NCBI GenBank assembly: GCA_022823865.1
Contig: JAJEHF010000140.1
Coordinates: 5,435 to 69,434 of the forward strand
DNA length: 64,000 bases
Source of the DNA: Bryobacterales bacterium
GTDB taxonomy: Bacteria > Acidobacteriota > Terriglobia > Bryobacterales > UBA6623
Reading direction: 5' to 3'
Each line of letters opens with the position of its first letter. Position 1 is the stretch's first letter. A program made the translations under genes and the position numbers. The notes under the pieces are model-generated. The model ran no database searches, had not been told where the DNA came from, and worked only from the letters and a program-made list of their open reading frames with translations. This document shows positions 19,225-27,196 of this stretch, piece by piece.

Positions 19225-21009
19225 TCAGTCTCCTGAACGACGCAAGAGCGCAACCCAGTCCTTGGCGGCATCGCTTGGTGCCGGCCCGAGCTGGACCATT
19301 CCCGGCCCTGACACGCCGCCGCCATCGGCCAAGGGCCCGCCGTCGGACGGATCGAACCAAGATACTTCGAACTTACCCTCGTTGTCTTCTAGGTCTAGGC
19401 TTGCCCTTCCGCCTGACGGAATGTAGACGGCATAGATCTCGCCGGGCTTCGCCAGCACAAATGCCCCACTACTCGGCACGAGCTGATCGGCCGGGAGCAT
19501 CTCTTGAAACGGCAGGTGCTCGTGGAAAAACCGGAGCGCATGGCGGGTCATCGACCAGATCTGGGAGCGGGAGCGAAAGTCCTCGAGATTGAGGTCATTG
19601 TGGGGATACATGTACCCGAAGTACCATTCAATCCCCCAGCTTCCCGCCATGAGAGTCGCCCAGAGATGGTCGCGACGCTCATCGTGCCGGGACCCGTCTT
19701 CCGAGTCGGGCGCGACGCCGTCCCGTCCCGTGCGCTGCTCGTCGAAGGACACCAGCCATGGCCGGCCGGCCTCGCGGGATCTGCGCATCCATTCGATGAG
19801 CGCCGTGTGCACGACCGGGTCTTCGCGGATTTGCATTGACGCGCCTTCGAAATCCTCGAACCCGAGCAAGGGCGCGTAGTGCCTTTCGTGGTGTTCGACG
19901 GTCGCATGCGTGTGCATGACAACGGGATGGTCGTACGGGTCGAGCCGGCGCAAAGCGGCCGCATGGGCCTTGCGCTGCTCGGTGGAATTCGTGTTTTCCT
20001 CCCCGAGGTTCCAGATCAGAGCGGGATGGTGGGCGAAACGGGCGACGAGTTCTCGGTAGTAGAGCTTGCGATCAGGCCCCAGATCGCCATCGTCCAGCAG
20101 GTGGTCGTTCTCCGTCTCCGCCGTGACCACGTGCAGCAGGATTCCCAAGCGGTCGGCGTGCGAAAAGACAATCTCCCACTGCTCGAGCTTGCTCACGTCG
20201 AACCGGTCGAACGTCGCGGGGTCGATCCACGGCCAGGCGTCGTCACCGTCGCCGCCGACGTTCTGCGGCAGGAAGTAGATCGAATTCACGCCCTCCGAGG
20301 CCAGGTAATTGAGCGCCCCGACCAGCCCCTTGCCCTTGCCGTCCTGCCAAGTGGGATCGCCTTCGCGCCAGTCGCGGAGGTGCGGCTCGTAGCGGTGCAG
20401 GAACGCCTCGCGGCGGCCAGTCTCGGCATCGCGGTCGCGAGTCCCGTCGAAGTCTGCGTAGGCCAACAGGTTCTCCGGGCTGTCCGCGCCGCCCTTGAGA
20501 AAGTAGCCGCCGTCTCCCGCGAACCTCGGGTAGCGCTCTCCGGCGTATTCGAGTCGTCCGCGGGAGCGGAAGTCAGGAGGCTGCTTGTCGGACGCGGCGA
20601 CCGTGAACTCGCCCGTCGCTCCGTCGAATGCCGTCGGCTGGCCGGCTGTGTGGTCGTCGGAGAGCGCGACCCCTTGGCCCGTCCGGAACGATGCGCGGTA
20701 GCTCCACCTTCCTTCGGCGTCAGGAGCCAACCGTACAAGCCACTTGGAGCCCGACTCAGCGGATGTCTCCGCGGCCTGACCATCGGCAGCAAAAAAGCCC
20801 GGCACGACTAGCTCGCCGGCAGGTCCGGTGAACGTCACATCCAAGCGATAGTCTGTGAAGGGATTCGGCTCGCTTGTTTCGGAGGTCTCGGGCCCGTCGA
20901 ACGCGAGCGTGACCGTGTGCCAGACCTGGAGCTCGCCCGACACGTCTGCCTTTGGTCCGCCGCAACCCGCGAGGACAAGCACAAGGCAGGATAGGATCCA
21001 CGTTCGCAT
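19225..21009 (-). CDS. DUF5060-domain lipoprotein with glycoside-hydrolase-like TIM-barrel body
   Basis: Lipobox (LVLAGCGG). The N-terminal Ig-like segment ELQVWHTVTLAFDGPE...NPFTDYRLDVTFTGPAGELVVPGFF...WLVRLAPDAEGRWSYRASF matches my memory of DUF5060. The remainder is hydrolase-like. The family call is tentative. Confidence 0.6.
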   Translation of the reverse strand: MRTWILSCLVLVLAGCGGPKADVSGELQVWHTVTLAFDGPETSETSEPNPFTDYRLDVTFTGPAGELVVPGFFAADGQAAETSAESGSKWLVRLAPDAEGRWSYRASFRTGQGVALSDDHTAGQPTAFDGATGEFTVAASDKQPPDFRSRGRLEYAGERYPRFAGDGGYFLKGGADSPENLLAYADFDGTRDRDAETGRREAFLHRYEPHLRDWREGDPTWQDGKGKGLVGALNYLASEGVNSIYFLPQNVGGDGDDAWPWIDPATFDRFDVSKLEQWEIVFSHADRLGILLHVVTAETENDHLLDDGDLGPDRKLYYRELVARFAHHPALIWNLGEENTNSTEQRKAHAAALRRLDPYDHPVVMHTHATVEHHERHYAPLLGFEDFEGASMQIREDPVVHTALIEWMRRSREAGRPWLVSFDEQRTGRDGVAPDSEDGSRHDERRDHLWATLMAGSWGIEWYFGYMYPHNDLNLEDFRSRSQIWSMTRHALRFFHEHLPFQEMLPADQLVPSSGAFVLAKPGEIYAVYIPSGGRASLDLEDNEGKFEVSWFDPSDGGPLADGGGVSGPGMVQLGPAPSDAAKDWVALLRRSGD

Positions 21010-21086
21010 GCGTAGATTCTAGCCGCAGTAGAGCCGAGAACCCGTAGCCAGAGGTGACATGCCACTGGGATTGGCGTACGCCGACA

Positions 21087-22532
21087 CTAGTTCGTCAGGC
21101 GGTACATCTGTAGCCGGCTTTGGGGCTTCTCGGGCATTGTGCGTTCGATCCTTCCGTCGGCAACGAGAAGCCTGATCACCTTGTTGAGCTGGCCGGATAC
21201 CCTCTTTTGCCCTAGGCTTCTGGAGAGATCCGCTTTCGACATTGGTCCATCCGCCAGTTGCCGAAGCACTCTCTGCGCCAGTGACTCTGGCTGTGACTCT
21301 GGCTGTGACTCTGGCCGCCGCTGTTCGTCGCCCCAAGAGTCAGAAACGGGATCGCCAGGCTTCCGAGGAGCATCTCGGCGTACTCCGGCCGTCGCCTGAG
21401 CCGCGCTGTCGGGCCGGCGTTCATCACCGGCCCCGATGAACACGAACTCCAGCCGCAAGCCGCCCGGCTCCAGCCCCCATTGTGGAGCGGCCGTGCCCGT
21501 AGCTCGGCACGCTCTGACGATATCGGCGACCCCCCGTCCCCAAGCCTCGATCATGCCGGCACGAAAGAATGCGTTAGCTATGTTCGGGTTCTGCGGTGCG
21601 GAAGCGTGTGTTGCCATGAGTTCTTCAAGCGTCCAGCCAGGAGGCAATGCTCCCGGGTTCCACAGTGCGATCCGGTCGTCGTATACCCGGATCTGAATCG
21701 GTGCCGGATTGCTGTAATCGCGGTGAACGACTGCGTTCATCACGGCTTCGCGTAGCGCAGAGCCAGGCGCCGGCGGAGTCTCGCGCCGGTAGATGCCCTC
21801 GTAAGAGATTCTTGCCTTCGAGTACTTTGTTCGAAGCAGGTCCACGACGCGGTCCACCTGGACGAACAGGTTGCCCTCGATGACGTCTTGGTATGCGAGG
21901 TCGGCCTCCGCTCTGAAGTAACCGATCTTCACGAATGCGCCAGCGAAGAACCGCGCAGGGTCTGGATGAAACAGCAGGATTGCTGCCCGCCGCAGATACT
22001 CGCCCTCCCGCAGGCGGAGCATTTCGATCAGATTACTATCGGATTCGTTTAGCGCGTCGGGAGGAAGACGGCCGCTGGCGATTCCACGCCGACGATACTC
22101 GTCCAGAGTTCTGCCATCCAGATCCGTCATCCCGACCCCGGGCATCGGCGCATCGTCCCAGGTGCGGCCGTGCCTGCGGAGCAGGAACCGGTTCAGCGCG
22201 GCCCCCCGCAAGACCTGCTTGGTGCTGCCGCTGCGATAGTGGTATTCGCCCTTGTAGCTGATTGGATTGGGGTAGGGATCGACCCGGATCTCGAGGTACT
22301 CTCCGCCCTCCTCGGACTTGAGATTCACGTCCACCACAACGCCTAGCAGGGATTGCGCCTTGTTGGGTATGTCCTCCAGCAGTCTCAGCGGATCTTTCAC
22401 GCCGACGATCTCGCCCCGGTCGTCCTTGCCGATCTCCAACACACCGCCCTGAGCGTTGGCGAACCCGCATATCCACTTCAGATACTCGTCCCTCCACGAC
22501 GATTTCCACTCGAGATTCTGTGCTTCACTCAT
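21087..22532 (-). CDS. AlbA_2 (Schlafen-like, 'divergent AAA') + HATPase_c_4 + C-terminal wHTH protein (RecG-C-terminal-like putative regulator/nucleic-acid binder)
   Basis: N-terminus is EAQNLEWKSSWRDEYLKWICGFANAQGGVLEIGKDD.GEIVGV (AlbA_2). The central part has REAVMNAVVHRDY...IQIRVYDDRIALWNPG (HATPase_c_4). An acidic/(ESQP)3 linker follows, then the tail ...LSRSLGQKRVSGQLNKVIRLLVADGRIERTMPEKPQSRLQMYRLT, typical of this family. Confidence 0.75.
   Translation of the reverse strand: MSEAQNLEWKSSWRDEYLKWICGFANAQGGVLEIGKDDRGEIVGVKDPLRLLEDIPNKAQSLLGVVVDVNLKSEEGGEYLEIRVDPYPNPISYKGEYHYRSGSTKQVLRGAALNRFLLRRHGRTWDDAPMPGVGMTDLDGRTLDEYRRRGIASGRLPPDALNESDSNLIEMLRLREGEYLRRAAILLFHPDPARFFAGAFVKIGYFRAEADLAYQDVIEGNLFVQVDRVVDLLRTKYSKARISYEGIYRRETPPAPGSALREAVMNAVVHRDYSNPAPIQIRVYDDRIALWNPGALPPGWTLEELMATHASAPQNPNIANAFFRAGMIEAWGRGVADIVRACRATGTAAPQWGLEPGGLRLEFVFIGAGDERRPDSAAQATAGVRRDAPRKPGDPVSDSWGDEQRRPESQPESQPESLAQRVLRQLADGPMSKADLSRSLGQKRVSGQLNKVIRLLVADGRIERTMPEKPQSRLQMYRLTN
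21281..21316 (-). repeat. 3 x 12-bp in-frame tandem repeat (GTGACTCTGGCT/C) encoding (PESQ)3 in the linker of the AlbA_2 protein
   Basis: Read directly. Units lie at 21281-21292, 21293-21304 and 21305-21316, and the last unit differs by one base. Translated on the minus strand this gives RPESQPESQPESL. Confidence 0.9.
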
Positions 22533-22977
22533 GAGTCCTTCATCAGCTGTTTAGCTCGCCCAGAGCGGGACTGACGACATGACAAGAACTGGCGCCCATC
22601 TGCATGTTGAGTCGTGCCGTGCCGAGTTCCCGCTGGAACGGAAGCCTGATCCCATCGTACTCGTGCCCCCTTGAGGGTGAATCGGTCGGCGCGCACGCGG
22701 CTTACCTGATCAGCCGGTATAGGTCAGATCGGCATCTGTGGTTGCCAGTGCGGAGTGTACACGCTGAGCTATGCCTTAGCCCTGTGCGCCTCTGTGGACC
22801 CTAGCGTCTTCATCGGTACGATTCGGGGGCCGTGCAGGGAACTTGTGCTAGTTGAGCCCGACGAGAGATTCCGAAGGCGGCTGGTACCATGATCTTCCGC
22901 TCCCCGGGCGAGGTAGGCTCGGACACGCGGATTCTTCGGGGTACTCAACCCGTACCCTGACCGAAGCCGCCCAAGTG

Positions 22978-24465
22978 ATGTCGATCGCCCTGACCAGCCG
23001 GAGCCATCCGCTTCAGATAAAGGACGTTAGCCCAGGTGATGGCTCCGGCCGAATCGGCATCACCCTATGTCCTGGCAAGAAGGACCCTCGCGGGTGGAGC
23101 GGGGATTGGAACCGTGACCTAAGTCTGGATCTCGATGAGATTCAGCGCTGGGGAGCGACGGCAGTCATCAGCTTGATCACCGACGAGGAGATGGATTGCT
23201 TGAAGGTGGGACGGCTTCGCGACGCCGTTGAGGAACGGCACATGGAGTGGTGGCACCTACCGATCCCTGACATGAATCCGCCCAGATCTGACTTCGAGCG
23301 TGGTTGGAAGGTTGCTGGCGAGGCCATCCGTGACCGATTGCGCATGGGATTTGACATGCTTGTGCACTGCAAGGGCGGCTTGGGCCGCGCCGGCACGGTC
23401 GCAGCTCGTTTGCTCGTCGAATTGGGAGAGAGCCCCGAATACGCGATCCGCACCGTGCGAACGGCGCGACCGGGCGCCATTCAAACCAAGGGCCAGCGAC
23501 GCCACGTAGAGCACTGTGTCCCTCAGGCGTCACCTGCTCCATCGATAACCCAAGAGTGCATTCGGGATCGGGCAATGGGGGCCTTGCTTGGACTTGCGGT
23601 GGGCGATGCTCTCGGAACGACGCTCGAGTTCGAGAAGCGTGACTGTAGGCCAAGAGTCGTTGACATCACTGGGGGAGGACCCTTCGATTTGAGGCCTGGC
23701 TGCTGGACCGACGACACGGCAATGGCGCTGGCTCTCGCGGACAGCTTGCTGGCGTCGGAGAGCCTTTACTGCCGGGATCTGATGGAGCGATTCGTGGCGT
23801 GGTGGCGGACCGGCGAATACTCTCCCACCGGGAACTGCTTCGACATCGGGATCACGACTCGGAACGCGCTTGAGCGCTACCTCCACACTGGCGACCCCCT
23901 CGCCGGTTCGACCGATCCAAGCACTGCGGGCAATGGCTCGCTGATGCGGCTCGCTCCGGTGGCCCTACGCTTCTGGAACGACCGCGATAGCCTCGACCAT
24001 GCTGCTGCGCAACAGTCCCGGACGACACATGCGGCCGAAGAAGCGGTGGATGGCTGCCGGGCGTTCGCCGACCTGCTTGCAGATGCGATCTCCGGCAAGC
24101 CGCGCCGGGACATCCTCGCTCCGAGATCATTCCAAGGCGCTCCGGCCATAGCCAAAATCGTCGGCGGCAGCTGGCGCGGATGCGCAAGGAAGGAGATCCG
24201 GTCCAGTGGCTACGTCGTCCACACGCTCGAGGCCGCCATGTGGTCGGTCGCGCGCACTGGCGACTTTCGCAACGCCGTCCTGCTAGCGGCCAACTTGGCT
24301 GACGACGCCGATACGGTAGCGGCAGTGACGGGCCAATTGGCCGGTGCTATCTATGGACTGTCCGGCATTCCGACGGACTGGCTGGAGCGGATCGCGTGGA
24401 AGGACCGGCTTCTCGACACGGCAGAGCGGCTGGCGGAACTCGGCCACAAGGAAGTGCAGGCATGA
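22978..24465 (+). CDS. Fusion protein: Cys-based (CX5R) dual-specificity/KAP-like phosphatase + ADP-ribosylglycohydrolase
   Basis: The start was moved to ATG 22978 (the track ORF begins at TTG 22852). The N-domain has the P-loop HCKGGLGRAGT. The C-domain has GALLGLAVGDALGTTLEF and ANLADDADTVAAVTGQLAGAIYG (ARH/DraG-family metal-binding motifs). The reading frame is continuous, with no stop or frameshift between the domains. Confidence 0.8.
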   Translation: MSIALTSRSHPLQIKDVSPGDGSGRIGITLCPGKKDPRGWSGDWNRDLSLDLDEIQRWGATAVISLITDEEMDCLKVGRLRDAVEERHMEWWHLPIPDMNPPRSDFERGWKVAGEAIRDRLRMGFDMLVHCKGGLGRAGTVAARLLVELGESPEYAIRTVRTARPGAIQTKGQRRHVEHCVPQASPAPSITQECIRDRAMGALLGLAVGDALGTTLEFEKRDCRPRVVDITGGGPFDLRPGCWTDDTAMALALADSLLASESLYCRDLMERFVAWWRTGEYSPTGNCFDIGITTRNALERYLHTGDPLAGSTDPSTAGNGSLMRLAPVALRFWNDRDSLDHAAAQQSRTTHAAEEAVDGCRAFADLLADAISGKPRRDILAPRSFQGAPAIAKIVGGSWRGCARKEIRSSGYVVHTLEAAMWSVARTGDFRNAVLLAANLADDADTVAAVTGQLAGAIYGLSGIPTDWLERIAWKDRLLDTAERLAELGHKEVQA

Positions 24466-25359
24466 CTTCGAACGCGGGCGCATTCCAACCAGCGGATGGC
24501 TAGCCCGCCGAGAGACGAGCCGAGTCGGGAGATCCGAACGTAGCGGCCACACGCGCAGCGCTGAGCCTCTATGGGAACGACAGCACCTGGCAATCCGAAA
24601 CGGTTTGGCGAACCGTAGATCGTGCCAACCCGCCCCGGGCTGGTCGAGGAAGGTTCTTTCTCGGGACCAGCTCTTCCCGGTGCACCAGCCCCCTGTTGAC
24701 GACGCACCCCCTCAAGCGCTGGGGTCTGACGTCACACTTGCTCCCCGGATTTTTCGAGAAGCGTCAAATGCCCGTCTGGCGCTGTTCGCGGACCTCACCT
24801 CGGCACAGGCGCTGCGGGCCCAAAGTTGCGCCCGTACTTCCCCTCGTTCGCCTACGTGGTGCTGCGGACCCTGCTGCGGGGAGGCTCGCATGCGGGCGGC
24901 GGGCGAGGTCACGGTGGGTTTGGCACGATGGGTCTGGAGCTGCTTGGGATCAGTGCGCGGACCGCGCGGCTTTCGTTCGATGCGGGATTCCGGGACGCGG
25001 GTCTGTTCCTGCAGGTGCTGGCTCGCTTCCAGAGGCTTGCATTGCGCTGCTGGCTGCTACCAGTGAGATGACCGTGTCGAGTTCCGCAGGAACTCGCCGG
25101 GATTCCTGCGCCTGGCGAGCGGGTGGCCCCGCCGGACAAGCGGCAACGGCCTCGGACCCGACGGCTCTGACCAAGCGTGCCGCCGGCTCTGCGAGCCCCG
25201 TTTTCCGACGACCTCCAGTCACTGAAAGCGGATCCAACGCCTCGGAGACTACAACTCGTGAGAATCTCGGACTAGCCCCGCGTGCTGAGCAGTCTGTCAC
25301 TGATTGCTGACGTCCGCCCGTCGGCTGGAGCTGCGATTCGGAGACGCAACGAAACAGCC

Positions 25360-26307
25360 TCAGGTCCAAGAATCGGGCAGTGTCCACCGCGTAGGGCCGG
25401 GCGCTCCCGAGGCGGCAGCTGCAACGATGGGAGACAGGAACTCGCTTATCGAAACCGCGATGTCTGCCAGCGAGGCTGGCACGTGATCTTGCTGGAGGCC
25501 GTTACGGAACGCTGCCCATTGAGTCTGCTTGACATCGACAAACGGCAAGCTGAACTCCTCGATGACCACCGGAATTGCGGTCCTCCGGCGCTCGAACGTG
25601 AGCCTGATGGCCTCGGTCAGTTCGGGACCACTGAACTCGAACTGTCGAGAAAGCAGCCAGATGTCGTAGAAGTCCTTCATGCAACTGTTCAGTTGGCCCA
25701 GCCTGACGATGGCCTCGAGCTTTTCCGCGATGGTGCTCTCGCGGCTGTAGCAGAGCAATCGCGGGGCAGGGAATTCCAGCATCGTGGGGAAATCCGCGGG
25801 TTTCGGCTCGGGATACACCGCGTCGCCGAAACCCACGTCGATCTGCATATGGATTCGCGCCGTGCCGAGCGCCCCTAGGAACCGAATTCTCAGACCCTCG
25901 TGCTCGGTACTGCCGGTGATGGGCTCGGTCCGGACGGTGGTCGGATCGAAAGCCAAGCCGTCTGGTTGCACGTCCACCCGGAGAATGTCCCGGATCTGCG
26001 CGATGATGACCGCATCCTCGTTGCGCGTCTTGCCAAGCAGGTCGATATCTCCAGTCGGACGCAAGTCCCGTGCGTGCCACACCGATAGCATGAGTGCGCC
26101 TTTGAGGATGAAGCGGTCGGCATGTTCGGACTGGGACAGGCGGAAGAGGAACCGCTCCATGGCAAAGTACTGCAGCAGTTCGCTGAACGGTCGTTTCTCG
26201 CTTCTAGCCCGGTTGAGGAGACGCTGCCGGACGGACGCAGGTACGTTCCGGAGGGTCGTCAGAGGGTGGCCTCCAGATATGGGCGCATCAACTTCTCCAC
26301 CCGACAA
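25360..26307 (-). CDS. abiEii: AbiEii/AbiGii-family nucleotidyltransferase toxin (type IV TA)
   Basis: NVPASVRQRLLNRARSEKRPFSELLQYFAMERFLFRLSQSEHADRFILKGALML is the characteristic N-terminus. The Pol-beta NTase motif is RPTGDIDLLG, and MQIDVGFGD lies downstream. The start is uncertain: TTG at 26307 overlaps the upstream gene by 49 nt, and no in-frame ATG occurs before residue 50. Confidence 0.85.
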   Translation of the reverse strand: MSGGEVDAPISGGHPLTTLRNVPASVRQRLLNRARSEKRPFSELLQYFAMERFLFRLSQSEHADRFILKGALMLSVWHARDLRPTGDIDLLGKTRNEDAVIIAQIRDILRVDVQPDGLAFDPTTVRTEPITGSTEHEGLRIRFLGALGTARIHMQIDVGFGDAVYPEPKPADFPTMLEFPAPRLLCYSRESTIAEKLEAIVRLGQLNSCMKDFYDIWLLSRQFEFSGPELTEAIRLTFERRRTAIPVVIEEFSLPFVDVKQTQWAAFRNGLQQDHVPASLADIAVSISEFLSPIVAAAASGAPGPTRWTLPDSWT

Positions 26308-26852
26308 GCCTTGGCGCAGTGGAGCAGGGCGCTGACGTCAAAGCCGTTTCGTTGGCGGTGGAGCCGCAGTGCCTCCAGCACCACGTCCATGCCGATCCGG
26401 TTGCGGAACTTGAAGCAATCCGCCAAGGTCTTCTCGGGGCTGTAGACTCTGACGGTCGCCCCATCGATCTGGTGGGTTTCGATTCCGGTTTCGTAGCTCG
26501 CCTTCGAGAATCGGTGGGCTCGGACCGGCGGAAAGTCGAGCGACGGCAAGCGCGAGTCACGTGGCACTGCCAGAGCAACATGGTGTGGGACCTGGGTTGT
26601 GATGCCGTGATAGGCCAGGGCAGAGACGAGACAGATGACAGCTCTTGGAAAACGCAGGCTTGCCGTGACTAGGTCAGGCTCGCTGAGCGGCGGCAGCGCG
26701 AGCAGCCGGTAGATGCCCCGGCTGACTGGCTCGACGACACCCCGATTCCTCAGCGCATAGAGCATGTAGGGCGTGATCCCGTGAGCGACAGCCTCGCCCA
26801 TGCGAAGCTGCCCGCCGTGTTCTCGAAAGATCGCTTCGGCACGCGCTTTCAT
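26259..26852 (-). CDS. abiEi: AbiEi-family antitoxin / transcriptional regulator (type IV TA)
   Basis: The start was moved to ATG 26852 (MKARAEAIFREHGGQLRMGEAVAHGITPYMLYALRNRGVVEPVSRGIYRL, an AbiEi_4-type wHTH). At about 197 aa it has the typical length. It lies directly upstream of abiEii on the same strand. Confidence 0.8.
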   Translation of the reverse strand: MKARAEAIFREHGGQLRMGEAVAHGITPYMLYALRNRGVVEPVSRGIYRLLALPPLSEPDLVTASLRFPRAVICLVSALAYHGITTQVPHHVALAVPRDSRLPSLDFPPVRAHRFSKASYETGIETHQIDGATVRVYSPEKTLADCFKFRNRIGMDVVLEALRLHRQRNGFDVSALLHCAKACRVEKLMRPYLEATL

Positions 26853-26896
26853 TGCAGGTTTCAAAAAATCGTCACCACTTAATAACAACTAATAAT

Positions 26897-26925
26897 AATA
26901 TAGCTGAAATGTGCCGAAGTGGCAA
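26897..26925 (-). promoter_or_regulatory. Sigma70-like promoter of the abiE operon in an AT-rich patch
   Basis: On the minus strand this reads TTGCCA (26925-26920), a 17-nt spacer, then TATATT (26902-26897). It lies about 45 nt upstream of ATG 26852. The surrounding 26878-26910 is strikingly AT-rich for this genome. It contains TTATTA-N4-TTATTA direct repeats just downstream of the -10 element, which may be operators. Confidence 0.5.
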
Positions 26926-27196
26926 GACCGTGGGGCGATGGCCGCTCGGAGGTCTCGACCCCGCTTGGGAGGCGGTGAATGACTGCCCCGCAACACTCGA
27001 CCATGATCTGGCAGGCGGCGTTTAGCATTAAAGCCTCGCTGAATGCACCGCCACTTAGCACGCCAGCTGAGGTTTGCTCAGAGGGATCCGGGAAGTCCCC
27101 CGGTTTCGTTGGGTGCCGGAGTTTGCGGCGGCTGATCGGAAACGCCGCGCGAGGCCGTGCCGGTCCCGCAATGATTGAAATAGCCGTCCTACGACC

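Noticed and set aside
21281-21316. Short tandem repeats considered as a possible CRISPR or mini-array.
   Set aside because: The units are only 12 bp with no spacers. They are in frame within a coding linker, and no cas genes are present anywhere in the window.
22533-22977. Small ORF 22604-22804 (66 aa) and short hairpins in the divergent region between the AlbA_2 gene and the phosphatase-ARH gene.
   Set aside because: The ORF translation is not protein-like. The hairpins are only 5 bp (GTTCC/GGAAC, GGTAC/GTACC), and no repeated operator-like motif was found.
24344-25066. 240-aa plus-strand ORF running out of the ARH gene end into the gene-less region. ORFs 24696-25310 (+) and 24950-25387 (-) are similar.
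   Set aside because: The translations are Arg/Cys/Trp/Ser-rich with no domain-like segments. The first overlaps the real ARH C-terminus out of frame. They are kept only as part of the 'orphan 0.9 kb' finding.
21010-27196. Search for mobility hallmarks at the islet borders (tRNA or tmRNA gene, integrase or recombinase, flanking direct repeats).
   Set aside because: None were recognised by eye. Calling the block a genomic island or mobile element is therefore not supported, and it is described only as an accessory-looking islet.
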